A stretch of 64,000 bases of DNA. Origin: Ginglymostoma cirratum. Taxonomy: Eukaryota. Of this stretch, positions 11,261-23,764 are shown piece by piece (the stretch's first letter is position 1; every line of letters starts with the position of its first letter). The position numbers and the translations under genes are program-made. The DNA is taken from contig JAHRHZ010000043.1 of assembly GCA_024137785.1 (NCBI GenBank), forward strand, positions 31,834,813-31,898,812, given 5' to 3'. The notes beneath the pieces were generated by a model that searched no databases, had not been told where the DNA came from, and was given only the letters and a program-made list of their open reading frames with translations.

Positions 11261-12495
11261 TGTATTAATTGTCGCTACCTTAAAGCCCAACAACACAATC
11301 ATGTGAGTTGTCCTTAGAGGCATTGAATAAATAACACAAAAGAACTTTTTTATTTGAGAATGGTGCTTAATGTTGACTGAACTAAATGCCAAACCTGACT
11401 GTGATGGGTGTTTGGCTTGGTATCGTATTTAACCAGTCTCTAATTCCATTCCTTGCTTTGGCATAATTTTGAATCATTCACTTGTGAGAGAGGTGCTTAT
11501 ATCAGGCTTTCTTCATGCTGACAGATACGATTGAAGGTGACACATTCAGACAACTCATCAAATCCTGTTCCTATTGTGATTATTAAAAAATTCCAGACAC
11601 TTAAAAAGTTGAGGCAAAAATAAAACAAAAAGCCCAGACTCCTTACAGCAAATGTTAAGCACTATTCCGAAGCACGAGAAGGGCAGATACTCTTCAGACT
11701 TTGGAGAGTGAATATTATTCGCGAATCAAGGGTTTTCTTGGATCCTTGCCTGGAAATATCTTTCATCTTACGTTTTCTGACATCCTCTTTGCTTTCCAGG
11801 TGCAGCTGTATAATATAGTGTGTTACCGTGGCAACCCCAGAATGAATCGTGATTAGATTTGGCCGCCAACGTGGGGAGGCAGCTAGGACCCTGAGGGGGC
11901 AAGGAGTCACTTGATTCACTCAGCAGAGCCCCTAGTGCCCACATTGTCTATTTGCAGCAATGACGCCACTTGCCAGCATCCTGGGTCTAAGGACTTACAG
12001 TGGCAGTGTTGACAGATGGCATCTTTAATGGTGAATCAATTGAAAATGTCAAGACAAAGTCAAGGGTCCTTTTGCTGATCACTTACTGTAAAGAGCAGCC
12101 TGCTGTCATCAACAGTGTGTCGCTCAGCTTTGAGATTCCTCTTAAGGCTTTTACAATCAGAAAAAAAAAGGTCCAGGTCTTGCTGACATAGTAATGATGA
12201 AAAGGACAGCACGGACAATATTACTCTTCAGAAATCGACAAGCACACACCATTAAGCATGGGAACCAAGCGTGGCTGTCAGGGATTCTCCTTGTCTCCAG
12301 AGAGTACGCTGATGAAGGGCCCCAGACTGCAATCAAACAAATGAAAATTTCCATTCATAGTGTCTTAGACTTTCTGTAAAAACCTTTTAACAATGTATAT
12401 TAGGTGGCATGAGGTGCAGCTGGGTTTTTAATGGCATAATAAATTGATAATTATTGCTAAACAGCCATGCTGAACCTGAATACATTTTACGTTTC

Positions 12496-12670
12496 TTGAA
12501 TATCAATCTACTTCATTCTGAAAAGAAAATCTTTGCATTATAAAATAGTGCTCTTAAAAGAAAACATGTTCAGGATATTTTTACTTCCTACCTCATTCCT
12601 GCAGGTTCCTATTATTTATTTCACAGGCAGTGTTGTAAAATTTAAAGCTGAGAACCCAAAGGGATTCAGA
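12496..12670 (+). repeat. Local direct duplication, copy 2
   Basis: Aligns with 10265-10438. Confidence 0.9.
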
Positions 12671-13555
12671 TGTCATAATGCCCTGGTTTGTAGGATGACA
12701 AGACTATTTCAATGCCATTGACTGCCTGCACTGTTGAAAGGAGAAGTTCAGTAGATCTGCCAGCATCTGCGGAGGTTTCTTTTTGTTGTATCGGGCAAGG
12801 GACACCTGGAGACTGAGGAATGAAATGTGACTGTGAAGTTTTGGAAAATTCTAAGAGGAGAATAGAAAGCAATGAAGATGAAACAGGCCAAAAGATTAAA
12901 ATGGAAATCCCATCAGAGAGAAGAGCAGAACTTCTTCAGGGTGGGGAGATCTGGAACAGAAGTAGCAGTGAATTAAACACTCAAATAAAAGCAAAACACA
13001 GTGGATACTGCAAACCTGCGTTGCTACAGGTGTTGCCAGACCTGCAAGTTATTAACTAATCTGGGATGCACATAGGAATGGAGATAATTCAAATTTATTT
13101 ACATTGTTGATAACCATGGTTTCTTGGAGCTAATGTACCTGTACCTTAAAGGTTTAACAATGGATTTGCCAGATTTTCCTGTAGTTGCTGAGGGGTCTTT
13201 ATCCCCTGTTCTTTTTCACAGGCCTAGAGTTATCGTGCACACAATGGCAAGAAAGATTTGTGAGAATCAACCATTTCACAGAATGAAGAACCACGGGATT
13301 CAGATTTTCCCTTCTGTGCGTTTCGTCAGTTGAAAGAACCCGAAATACTAATGATCACGCCCAAGAAGTGAGAATGTGGCTACACAATAATTCCCCCAAT
13401 TAGAGTAAGCAACTCCTTCAAGCCTTGGCATCATGGCACACAACCAACCTAAATAAGGGTCATAAGAATCTTAAAATGGTTTAAATATTAAGACAGATTC
13501 CTATCAAGCATATTAGAATTGAAACAGAAGGATCTGGAAATAAAAAATGGGCCTT

Positions 13556-13912
13556 TTATTTATTCATTCATGGGATGAGGGCATCACTGGCTAGGCAGCA
13601 TTTATTACCCATCCCTAATTGCCCAGAAGGTAGTCAAGAGTCAATCACATTGCTGTGGGGGTAGAGTCATATGTAGGCCAAACCAGGTAAGGATAGCAGT
13701 TTCCTTCCCTAAAGGACATTGGTTAAACCAGGTGGGTTTTTCCTGACAATTGGCAATGGTTTCATAGTCATAGTTAGACTCTTAATTCCATATTTTTACT
13801 TAAATCAAATTTCACCACTTACCATGGCAGAATTTGAACCCGAGCCCCCAAAAGATTACCTGGGCCTCTGGATTAACAGTCTAATGATAATACCACGAGT
13901 GCATTACCTCCC
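13556..13912 (-). mobile_element. tRNA-derived SINE with L2/CR1-group LINE tail
   Basis: Tail ggcaattagggatgg..taaatgctgcctagccag shared with the LINE copies at 18350 and 27620; about 8 copies. Confidence 0.85.
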
Positions 13913-14298
13913 CTCTTTCAGCGTTGAAAACAAATGAGTAAATGTTTCACATTGCAATCTTTTTTTGTCAACTTTGTCTTTTCCCTCTTTCCAGTTTAAT
14001 TTGCAAGCCTTCCATTTTCAGTGTGCAATGGGCTGGTAAGAAAATCTGCTCCTATTAAAACATGTTAACATCTCAACTACTTTATTCTTTAAAACGCCCC
14101 ACCACTGAGACTCATGAAGAATAACTCTAAATTGGACAATCCCACACAAGAGAGATTTCTGGGTATGAGTTTGCTGAATTGAGTTGGGGTGTTATCCCAT
14201 GGACTACGTTTACTCCTTCTGGTTGCAACAGTAAAAACAGCTGGAGGTGCCAGTATTGATAAGATGCCCCAGATGGAAAATACATAGCTAAACTTTGA

Positions 14299-14502
14299 AA
14301 ACTGAAAGAACTGCGGTTGCTGTAAATCAGAGACAAAAATAGAAACTTCTGGAAAAGGTCAGCAGGCCTCGCAGCATCTGGAGAGAGAAATCAGAGTTAA
14401 CGTTTTGGGTTAAGTTGAAGGGTCACTCATCCAGAAACATTAACTCTGATTTCTCTCCACAGATGCTACCAACCCCAGCTTTTCCATCGATTTCTTTCTT
14501 CG
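14299..14502. mobile_element. Penelope-terminus hairpin element (second subfamily) with TSD
   Basis: gagagaaatcagagttaac..ttaactctgatttctctc inverted; tag(c/t)taaactttga at 14285-14298 and 14503-14516. Confidence 0.8.
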
Positions 14503-14690
14503 TAGTTAAACTTTGAGTTTGCTATCATGGCTCTCATTGGTGAATTGATCAGCGACAAACTGGTCACCCCTGAAATAAATGCTCGCTAAAATGACATACC
14601 AGAGGAAATGCACAACAAGTATCTCCAGTTTATATTGTGGAGTTTGGAAACGGAGCAGGAACTTGACAGGAAGGTTGGGAACCAATGTAT

Positions 14691-14790
14691 TTCTGAAGAA
14701 TGGTCCAGACCCGAAACATTAGCTTTCCTGCTCCTCTGATGCTGCTTGGCCTGCTGTGTTCATCCAGCTCTACACCTTGTTACCTCAGAT
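14691..14790 (+). mobile_element. Solo Penelope terminus with degenerate hammerhead
   Basis: CTGAAGAATGGTCCAGACCCGAAACATT followed by cctgctcctctgatgctgc. Confidence 0.8.
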
Positions 14791-14839
14791 GTGTATGTAT
14801 GGTTGAAGAAGGAGTGGAAGGATTAAAGAGTTTGTACGA

Positions 14840-15080
14840 TCTGCAAGATGCACTGCAGCAACTTGCCTAGGTTCTTCAACATCTCCCTGTAAAACTCTCA
14901 AACTGTATCCTTTGGATGGCCAATACCACCACCTCAATTTTATACCTATCTGATGTTGGACATATTGTGTAATTCATTCATCAATACAATGTCCAAAGCA
15001 GTTCGGCAAAAATACTATCTTCTCAAGAGCAGCAAATGATGGACAATAAATAGTGTCTGGTGAATGGTTTTATTAAGTCC
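14840..15080 (+). mobile_element. L2/CR1-group LINE 3' remnant
   Basis: atctgcaagatgcactgcagcaacttgcctagg (KMHCSN motif). Confidence 0.65.
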
Positions 15081-15146
15081 TAAAATATGCATTTTTTTTA
15101 AAATGGAGAGACATTCGATGGTGATTATGAAGATGAAGCCCATAAA

Positions 15147-15485
15147 GGGACAGTATGGTAACTCAGTGGTTAGCACTGCTGCCTCACAGTGCTAGGGACA
15201 CAGGCTCAATTCCATCCCAGGGCACCTATCTCCGTGGAGTTTGTATGTTCTCACCATATTTGCGTGAGTTTCCTCCAGGTGATCTGTTTTTCTCCCGCAG
15301 TCCAAAGATGTGCAGGTCAGGTGGATTGGCGATGCTAAATTGTCTATCTTTTCCAGGTATGTGCAAGCTGTGAGGATTAGCCATGGGAAATGCAAGGACA
15401 GGGTAGTGGGCGAGATCCTCTTCAGAGGGTTGGTGTGGACTTGATGAGTCAAATGGCTTGTTTTCAAACTGTAAGGGTTTTATGA
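15147..15485 (+). mobile_element. HE1-type V-SINE
   Basis: cagtggttagcactgctgcctcacag head, V-domain and tail. Confidence 0.92.
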
Positions 15486-16402
15486 AAAGCTCCTGGGGTT
15501 GGTTGATAAATGAGCTCAATAGTAAGATAGGGTGGAAGGACACACGTTAACAGTTGATACAATATAGTGTCACACCCTCTAGTGACTTCTATCCTCACAC
15601 TATTGATAAGAAGCCAGTGTAAATATACATTAAGTGGTATTTCCCTCGCATATACAATCTTGAACAGTTGTTTGGAGGAAATGTGAACAAAAATGGTGAG
15701 TGCTAATTGTGGTTCTGTTCAGTGTTCTTTGTGATTAATAAACCAACAGATCTTTTATGTGCTTGATATTTTTCCAAAAGCTTCAAACTTGCTATTTGGC
15801 ATGCCTTTGCTGTCGGCATCAATTTCACCTTGAGGAAGATTTAAACATATGAGCCATGTGATCAGCAAAATTCCTGCTCACAAATATTACTTCATTCTGG
15901 TCTGATGCCTCTTAAATTCAATACATTCTGATTGCTAAAAACCAAAGTAATTAGAATGTAGGTGTTCTGAACACGTTTTTACTTGGAATATTAAAGCTCA
16001 CTGTCTGCGACTCGCATATTTTATTTCTTTGAGAAGAGAAGATTGCTGTCAGCACAGTTCGAAGATCATTAGGTTTAAAGAGCAGATCACACGGCCACTC
16101 CCCTCAGTTGGCAGCGGCGTTAGGGGAATTCTGGAATAGGAAATGTTGGAAATTTCTTGGTTTTGATGGTATCTTGCTTTTACATCAGGGAAACCCCTGC
16201 CTCACTGAGCCTTTTTGTCTAAAAATCAAAGCAGAAAACATTCAGCTGATCAGTTGGCATTTGTGGAGAAACAGAGGTGATGCTTCAGGTCAATAATTTT
16301 CCATCAGAATTGGAAAAGGTTAGAACAGTGACAGTTTTTAAGCAGGTACAGAGCAGGAAGAAGGGGAAGGGAAACCTGTCTCAGGGTGGATGATAGGAGA
16401 GC

Positions 16403-17010
16403 TTCAAAGAACGAAGAAAGACCGAAGAACAATATCACACAGGAACAGGCCTTTTGACCCTCCAAACCTGCACCGACACAGGTAGATATAGTTTCGGGGT
16501 ACTGATGGGATCTATCCCAGAATATTGAGGGAGGCAAGAGAACAGATTGCTGGAGCATTGACAGATGTCTTTGTATTCTTTTTGGCCACAGGTGAGGTCC
16601 CAGAAGGCTGGAGAATAGGCAATGGCGTCCCATTGTTTAAGAAATGTAACAGGGATAATGCTGCAAATTACAGGTCTGTGAATCTCACGTCAGTGGTAAG
16701 GAAATTATTGGAAAACATTCTCAAGGACAAGATCTGTAAGCATTTAGAAGCAAATACACTTTTCACCAATGGACAGCATGGTTTTGTATGGCAGAGGTCG
16801 TGCCTCACTATCTTGATCGATTTCTTTGAGGAGGTAACAAAGTTGATTGATGAGAGAAAAGCAGTCGACATTGCCTCCATGGACTTCAGTAAAGCCTTTG
16901 ACAAAGGGCCCTCACAGCAGACTTCACAAAAGGTGAAGTCACATGGTGTAGTGGTGGGTTGGCAAGATGGATACATAACTGGCTTTGTCATAGGAGACAG
17001 ACAGTAACGG
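16403..17010 (+). mobile_element. CR1 LINE RT fragment (16480-17010) preceded by an inverted CR1 tail (16403-16478)
   Basis: ORF 16525..17007: VPLFKK..NYRSVNLTSVV..QHGF..SCLT..MDFSKAFD. Confidence 0.92.
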
Positions 17011-17540
17011 TGGAAAGATAAAAAATGATGAAAGCGCAAGGGGAAAGGAGAAGATAATTTTTTTGTTTGCACTGCACAGGCAACTGCTATCAGCTGATTG
17101 TTGGAGGAGAGGGAAGTGAAAGCTGTTTCTGCCTTGCTGTTCCTCACACGTACTCGACTATTGATTTGTTGCCCAACAATGATCACCACGTTGTAGAACC
17201 AACCACTACCAGTTAATTGTTGCGGTAGAGTGCCCATCTTCCTTTCTGAATTATTTGTAAGGGCTGATTTATATATGGACAGTAGAGAATGAACACTAGT
17301 AAGTATTAAAGAGAAGAGGCACATGTCTTAATGTGACATAAGTTATTGTATGATTGAAATAAGTACAAGTTACATTTGTTGTTGGACATACTAACGAAGA
17401 CTAGGAGGAGACAACAATAGCACATCTGTTTCTATCAGGTCCTAGAACTAGCTAGATTTGTTTTCTCCCCCATCCGAGGCTACATGACATTGTCAGATTG
17501 GCTGGAACTTAACATTGTCAGACTCTCCAATGTTCCATCT

Positions 17541-17816
17541 GGGTGGCACAGTGGTTCAGTGGTTAGCACTGCAGCGTTATAGCACCAGGGACCCAGGTTC
17601 AATTCCACCCTTGGGTGGGTGACTACCTGTGTGAAATTTGCATGTTCTCCCTGTGTCTGTGTGGGCTTGCTCTGGTTTCCTCCTACATTCCAAAGATGTG
17701 CAGGCCAGGTGGATTGGCTGTGCTAAATTGCATGTAGTGTCCATGGGTGGGATGGTCTTTCTGTCAGTGTGGACTTGTTGGGCTGAAGGGCCTCTTTCCA
17801 TGCTGTAGGGATCCTA
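17541..17816 (+). mobile_element. HE1-type V-SINE (internally shortened)
   Basis: tRNA head and V-domain. Confidence 0.9.
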
Positions 17817-18349
17817 TTTAAAAAAAATGAATCCTTTCAGAACCATTACTTTATGCAATAGTACAGGAATGAGTATAGAAACAAAAGATGAGTCAAGAGT
17901 AGGTTTAAATGACAATGACAGAATGTTACCAACAGCTGTTGTTCCAAAACAAAACAAAAAGGTTGGGAACAACGATTCATGACTGAAATTATTAATGAGC
18001 CTGGAAGGATATAAAGTACCTAATCAAAGGTTGGTCAGGCCTTTGGAATGACAGGTGATGAAAGGTCAATGTTGTTCTTTGGACTGAATGGAGATGTTCT
18101 ACAAAGAAGCTATCTGGTCTGCAATTCCTAATACGGAGAATGGAGTGCAGTATACTAGAAATGGATGACTTTGGAAGCAATGGTAGTGTCCCTACCTTTG
18201 GGCAAGAAGATCCAGACAAGAATCCAGGCTAGGACTTGTTTGACATGGAAGGAATATCCATGTTACTGTCGGACAGATTGAAAATCAGTCTGGGAATGCT
18301 TGCACCACTCCTTTACCATTCCCCAAAAGGAGAACAAAATATGTGAACA

Positions 18350-18612
18350 TTTTCTTATTCATTTGTGGGATGTGGGCCAGCATTTATTGCGCATCCCTAC
18401 TTGCCCTTGAGAAGGTGGTGATGAGCTGCCTTCTTGAGCCGCTGCAGTCCTCCTGCTGTGGGTTTATCCACAATGCCCTTAGGGAGGGAATTCCAGGATT
18501 TTGACCCAGCCACAGTGCAGGAATGGCAATCTATTTTAAAGTCAGGATGGTGAGTGGCTGAAGGAGAACTTGAAGGTGGTGGTGTTCCTACATATCTGCT
18601 GCCCCTGTCCTG
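18350..18612 (-). mobile_element. L2/CR1-group LINE 3' end
   Basis: gcatttattgcgcatcccta..ttgagaaggtggtgatgagctgcc; homologous to 27620-27900. Confidence 0.8.
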
Positions 18613-19312
18613 TCGTTAGTTTTGAAATAGGATGAAGAAGCTTTTCAAATTGAAATTGATTGTTCTCAGCTCACTTGCAAAAAAATTAATATTACAGTGG
18701 TAAGTCTGTTCGGATGCAACACATCTGGCAGATTTAAACATGCATTTATGTAGCTCCTTTCATAACTTCATTGTGTTTCAAAGCACTTTATAGCCGATCA
18801 TGTTTGTAAATGGAAAATACGGAAGGTAAGAAATTCAGTTGTATAGGTCACCTCCAGTAGCATCATAGACTCTGTGTGTGCCAGAGGATATTTGATTAGT
18901 GTTAACCTATGCTACATCTCTAAACCAGCTGATGTGATTCCATGTTGCAAAACTTATCAATGGATGTTCAGGTCATATCTTCATTGTCCAATCATTTTAA
19001 AAGAAGCATAAAGCTGCTTGATGACCCTGCAGCAGCATTAACAGGCCAACTTCCTTGAATTCAGTTAAGTTACAAATGTGAAACTTTGTCGACACAATAC
19101 AATCTGCCTGACAGGATACAGACATGTTTTTGGCTGCTGTTTGGCAAGTTCCTACACTTTCCAGAGAATGCAGTCACGTTCACACAGACACGATCAAAGA
19201 GTAGGAGTCCTGTAGACTCTATGGGTGCAAACAGCAGCATTGAAAGTGCCTCTGGCTTCATAGCCCCACAGCATGGTAGCGGAGAAGATGCAAAGACAGC
19301 AGGATCAGTCTT

Positions 19313-20262
19313 AGATAACAAGCATGGGGCTGGATGAACACAGCAGGTCAAGCAGCATCATAGGAGCAGGAAAACTTGACGTTTCGGGCCTAAACCCTTC
19401 ATCAGAAATGGGGGAGGGGAAGAGGGTTCTGAAATAAATAGGGAGAGAGGGGGAGGCAGATAGAGGATGGATAGAGGAGAGGATAGGTAGAGAGGAGGCA
19501 GACAAGTAGAAGAGGCGGGGATGGAGCCAGTAAAGGTGAGTGTAGGTAGGGGGGNNNNNNNNNNNNNNNNNNNNNNNNNNNNNNNNNNNNNNNNNNNNNN
19601 NNNNNNNNNNNNNNNNNNNNNNNNNNNNNNNNNNNNNNNNNNNNNNNNNNNNNNGTGCTGTTCCTGCAGCCTTCGGGTGGCATCACTGTGGCATTGCAGG
19701 AGGCCCAGGATGGACATGTCATCTGAGGAATGGGAGGGGGAGTTGAAATGGTTCACGACTGGGAGGTGCAGTTGTTTGTTGCGAACTGAGCGCAGGTGTT
19801 CTGCAAAGCGGTCCCCAAGCCTCCGCTTGGTTTCCCCGATGTAGAGGAAGCCACAACGGGTACAGCGGATGCAGTACACCACATTGGCAGATGTGCAGGT
19901 GAACATCTGCCTGATGTGGAAAGTCTTCTTGGGGCCTGGGATTGGGGTGAGGGAGGAGGTGTGGGGGCAGGTGTAGCACTTCCTGCGGTTACAAGGAAAA
20001 GTGCCGGGTGTGGTGGGGCTGGAGGGGAGTGTGGAGCGGACAAGGGAGTCGCGGAGGGAGTGGTTCCTCCGGAAGGCAGATAAGGGTGGGGAGGGAAAAA
20101 TGTCTTTGGTGGTGGGGTCTGATTGCAGATGGCGGAAGTGTCGGAGGATGATGCGTTGGATCCGGAGGTTGGTGGGGTGGTATGTGAGGACGAGGGGGAT
20201 TCTTTTTTGGTTATTGTTGCGGGGACGGGACGTGAGGGATGTGTTCCGGCAAATGCAGGAGA
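19313..20262 (-). mobile_element. Penelope-like retroelement, 5'-truncated (GIY-YIG endonuclease plus terminal repeat); 100-N gap inside
   Basis: ORF 19358..20479: RIPLVLTYHP, CNRRKCYTC, FTCTSANVVYCIRCTRCGFLYIGETKRRLGDRFAEH; no stop in the sequenced part. Confidence 0.95.
19378..19405 (-). ncRNA. Minimal hammerhead ribozyme motif (Penelope-associated)
   Basis: CUGAUGA-A-GGG UUUAGG CCC-GAAA-CG-UC. Confidence 0.7.
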
Positions 20263-20839
20263 CAATATGTCTTCTGTCAAGTTGTAGCTGGACTTTTCTG
20301 TGCTCTTTGGCAGTGACTGGAAGTTGACTGGTAGGCCATCGATGCATCCAGCACTGTGGTGTGTGCGGCCTTTCAATGGTGACCTGTATTCGACAGTGCC
20401 CTGCCAACTCCTCATCTGAGTTATTTTCAGAAGTATTTGTCTGTCCCCAACCCTCCAGGGAGCTGAAAAAAACAACCAAAGTTTACGACAAGTCTGGCTG
20501 CAGCCTACACCTACCACCTGACTCAGAATGTGCTGGTCCCAACTCCACATTAGCCTCCAAGTGAAGTGCCTGAGCTAGTGGCTGTGAGCATCATGTCAAG
20601 TGATTGGGCCTGTTCATTAGTAGGTTCTTACACCTGGGGCTGCTTTGGCTAAAGACAGGAACTCTTCAGTGACATGGTGTGAGCAAAGTGGGTTACAGTG
20701 TAAAGCAAAAGTCTCCTGGTGACACAATCTGCAACTTGCTCGTCATGCCAGATCACAGGATACACATTCACTGAGAATCGAGAAGAGGCATTAGTCAGGA
20801 ACTTCTTGTCCTCCTCAATGTTCCCAGATGCCCCTCACC

Positions 20840-22100
20840 TCTGGCCCATGAATAAGTGGACTGCATCCTTTGTAGGACTGAGGAGATGCAGGTATCCTTG
20901 TCCCATGCCACTCTTGTTATTTCCAGATTTTGAATCAATGACACCTTCATTCTGTAAGAAACTTGCGCAGTGCTATTCTATTGCTCATGGTCCGACCTCA
21001 GCAGAACAGCAGGAGGTCCAGAGGCAGTGAGGGGAGGTGCCAGGCTGGCAGTGTGAGCAGGTGTGTAAGGGTGAGATGGCATACCTAGATAGTGTGTGTT
21101 AATCCTCATTGCTAAGGGAGTAATGAGCACATGATGTGTGGAACAGTATGGGAAACCATGTGCTCGGTGAAATCACGCATTCAGTAATGTTGAACCTGGC
21201 ATAAGGTCGTGAAACATCTTATGGGCCACCATGGGTCCAAACTACTGAAGTTGACCTACTCTCTCTCCCTCAAGGGTCCCCTGTTCCACTCCCACATAAT
21301 CACGGGATGTCCCATCATGTGCAGCTACAACTTTACCACCTTGATACCACATCAATCAGTGTGGATCTCTTTGTCCGACCTGGTACTCTACCTGGGAGAC
21401 TTTTTGTTGCAGCAATCTTTCATTTTGAGCCCCCCTTTAAGATAAGGCCGGCTTTTAAGGAGAGCGAGCTGCATGTGTCACATGGGATTAGATTTATTTA
21501 GCAACAATATGGCTCTATCCAGCATTTGGGTCCGGCTGTGGCAAATCTTCTTCCAGCGATCACAGCTATTGGCGGTATCGTCAGCGGCAACAAGTATGCA
21601 GCTCCTCCCAGCAATCGAGGTGAGACTCGGAGGCTGACCTAAACACCAGGATGTGATTAGGCCCAGGCACCTGCATCAGTGGCTGAGCGTTCCAGACACC
21701 TTATTGGAGATAAGACTTTACGCTTTAAGATCTGGGCATTTTCTTACCTTTTGTCTCCTTTTTAAAAAACCTTTTCCTGTTGTTTCTTTGTAAAATTCTG
21801 GTTTTATAACCAAGATGGCACTGGAGAATGGTAACTCTGTTACTTTTCTCTCTACCATGTATTCCTATATTTAAGTGCAAGTGATAATTAAATCTGATTC
21901 TAATTCTAATTTATTGAGACACCATGGTTACTGCCCACTGGCCTCATGGGGGAAGACATCGACAATCTTTGTGATTGCCTCGCAGTTTTCTTAACATCAG
22001 GAGCTGTGTCAATTACTTCAAGACAAGATCTCTGCCTTTACTTCTGGAGGAAGTCTCACAATAAAGTGCTGCTGGTCAGTTGGTAGTGGTCTTGCTAAGC
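20840..22100. mobile_element. Degenerate PIF/Harbinger DNA transposon: Myb/SANT gene (minus) divergent from transposase N-terminus (plus)
   Basis: Minus, across frameshifts: SDKEIHT-IDVV, VNFSSLDPW, KMFHDL, then KSGMGQGYLHLLSP after a tttcttacag acceptor; plus: QELCQLLQDKI near 22000. Confidence 0.5.
21560..21912 (+). mobile_element. Composite GC-head, Rex1-tail retroposon (diverged copy)
   Basis: GC-rich head, caagatggcac, gtgataattaaa plus (ttctaa)n tail. Confidence 0.55.
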
Positions 22101-22811
22101 TGCATTATTGAAGTATCATCTTTGCATCCTGGCGAAGGGGAGGAGGGGTGTGTGGGGCTGGGTTCCAGATCTGTGAGCAGGTGTGAGTAGACATGGGGTT
22201 TAAACGAGGGGTGGTTTTGGGGGAAGTACCTGTCACAGACCCCATGGAGACCACAAGGGAAGTTGTTCCCCAGTTACCGGACAGTTAAACTGCTGGGTTT
22301 CCCATTTGGTTCTGTCCCCCGACTAACCCCTGCCCCCACCATTAGTAAAATTCGGGATAAGGACCTCTTGTGACCATTAAAGAGCCACTTGAGAGCCTCC
22401 AGAGGCCTAGGCTAGAAGAGCAGCCTAACACCTCCCCCTGACTTGCATTCCAAAACATCTCCACCAGTTCTGGATTGACAGCAGGAAGTTCACTGGCTGG
22501 GTTTACCCATCACTCCACACTGTCTTACCGCCGTCTGGCAGGGGAGCATTAAATGTAACCTGTGATCTGGAAACAGCAGACCTGAAGTCTCCTGCTGTGT
22601 ACTGAGCTTGTCTTTGAGAGTCAGCAGAAGACACAGCATTGGGGAGAACCAGTGGGTGCCATAATGCACCAGATAAGGTGGGCACATGAATTTCAAGTGT
22701 CATCTCTTTGGTCTGAATGGGCAGGAAAATGCCATGAAAAGTCCCACAATTGGGGTGATTCAATTTTCAACCCAGGAATTTTCCGGCAATTATCAGTGGG
22801 GGAATGTGATA

Positions 22812-22995
22812 GCAAACAAAAAACAGAAATTGTTGGAGAAACTCAGCAGATCTGGTAGCATGTGTGAAGAGAGAAACTGAGTTAATGTTTCATGTGCAGC
22901 GACTCTTCTTCAGAACAGATGCTGCCAGACCCGCTGAGTTTCTCCAGCAATTCCTTTTTGGTTTCAGATTTCCAGCATCCAAAATTCTTTGTTCA
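22812..22995. mobile_element. Penelope-terminus hairpin element
   Basis: ttgttggagaaactcagc..gctgagtttctccagcaa inverted arms. Confidence 0.75.
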
Positions 22996-23139
22996 ATTTT
23001 CATATGAAAACATTCTGTTTGTAAGCGTTTAGCTGAAAGAGGAATATTGGCCATGACAAAAGGCAGAACTCCCCTGCTCTTCATTAAAATAGTGTCAATT
23101 TTTAAACAGCCTTTTCACAGACAACATTGGCAAAGCCAG

Positions 23140-23440
23140 TGTTTGGTTGTCAATCCCAATAGCCCTCTGAAGTGATTGACATTTTAAACACTTCAAAGGG
23201 TAGTTAAGGGCCTACAACAGTGTCTAGAAACATGTTTCACCCAAACTGGATAAGGGTGGCAGATTTCCTTCTCTTAAGAACATTAATGAACCAACTTTTG
23301 TTCTATAAGCCATGATAGTTTCGTGGGTATCATTCCTGAGACCAGCTGATTTATTAATCGAATCTAAAGTGCTACCAGCTGTCAAGGAGGATTTTTGAAC
23401 TAATGTCTCCTGGATTACTAGCCCAGTGACATTATCATTA
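23140..23440 (-). mobile_element. tRNA-derived SINE with LINE tail (old)
   Basis: Homologous to 13556-13912. Confidence 0.6.
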
Positions 23441-23736
23441 TGTCACTCTGCACGTAATCTTATCATCTTTTACAAATAGAGAGGGCCCACTGGGTCTCAT
23501 TGTAATTTGGATTGCAGTGATTGGACCTCTGACAATGCAGCACTCAGTCGATGTTGGACTGGAGTCTCTGAGGTTTCTGGTTGTGGAGATAGTAAAAGAA
23601 AGGCAGGTTAAAGGAGGTAAGGAGTTGCATGATATGAGAGATAGTAGGACCTGCAGATGCTGGAGAATCTGAGACAACAAGGTGCAGAGCTGGACGAGCA
23701 CAGCAGGCCAAGCAGCATCAGAGGAGCAGGAAGGCT

Positions 23737-23764
23737 GACGTTTCGGGCCTAGACCCTTCTTCAG
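23737..23764 (-). ncRNA. Minimal hammerhead ribozyme motif
   Basis: CUGAAGA-A-GGGUCUAGGCCC-GAAACGUC. Confidence 0.7.

Noticed and set aside
11662-11919. 85 aa basic ORF
   Set aside because: No recognisable motif or splice support; length expected by chance.
15147-15220. tRNA genes at SINE heads
   Set aside because: tRNA-like heads run into the V-domain and LINE tail, so these are SINEs rather than tRNA genes.
16668-17324. 218 aa minus-strand ORF
   Set aside because: Largely antisense to CR1 RT; no independent coding signal.
19753-20550. 265 aa and other overlapping ORFs as host genes
   Set aside because: Alternative frames of the GC-rich Penelope sequence.
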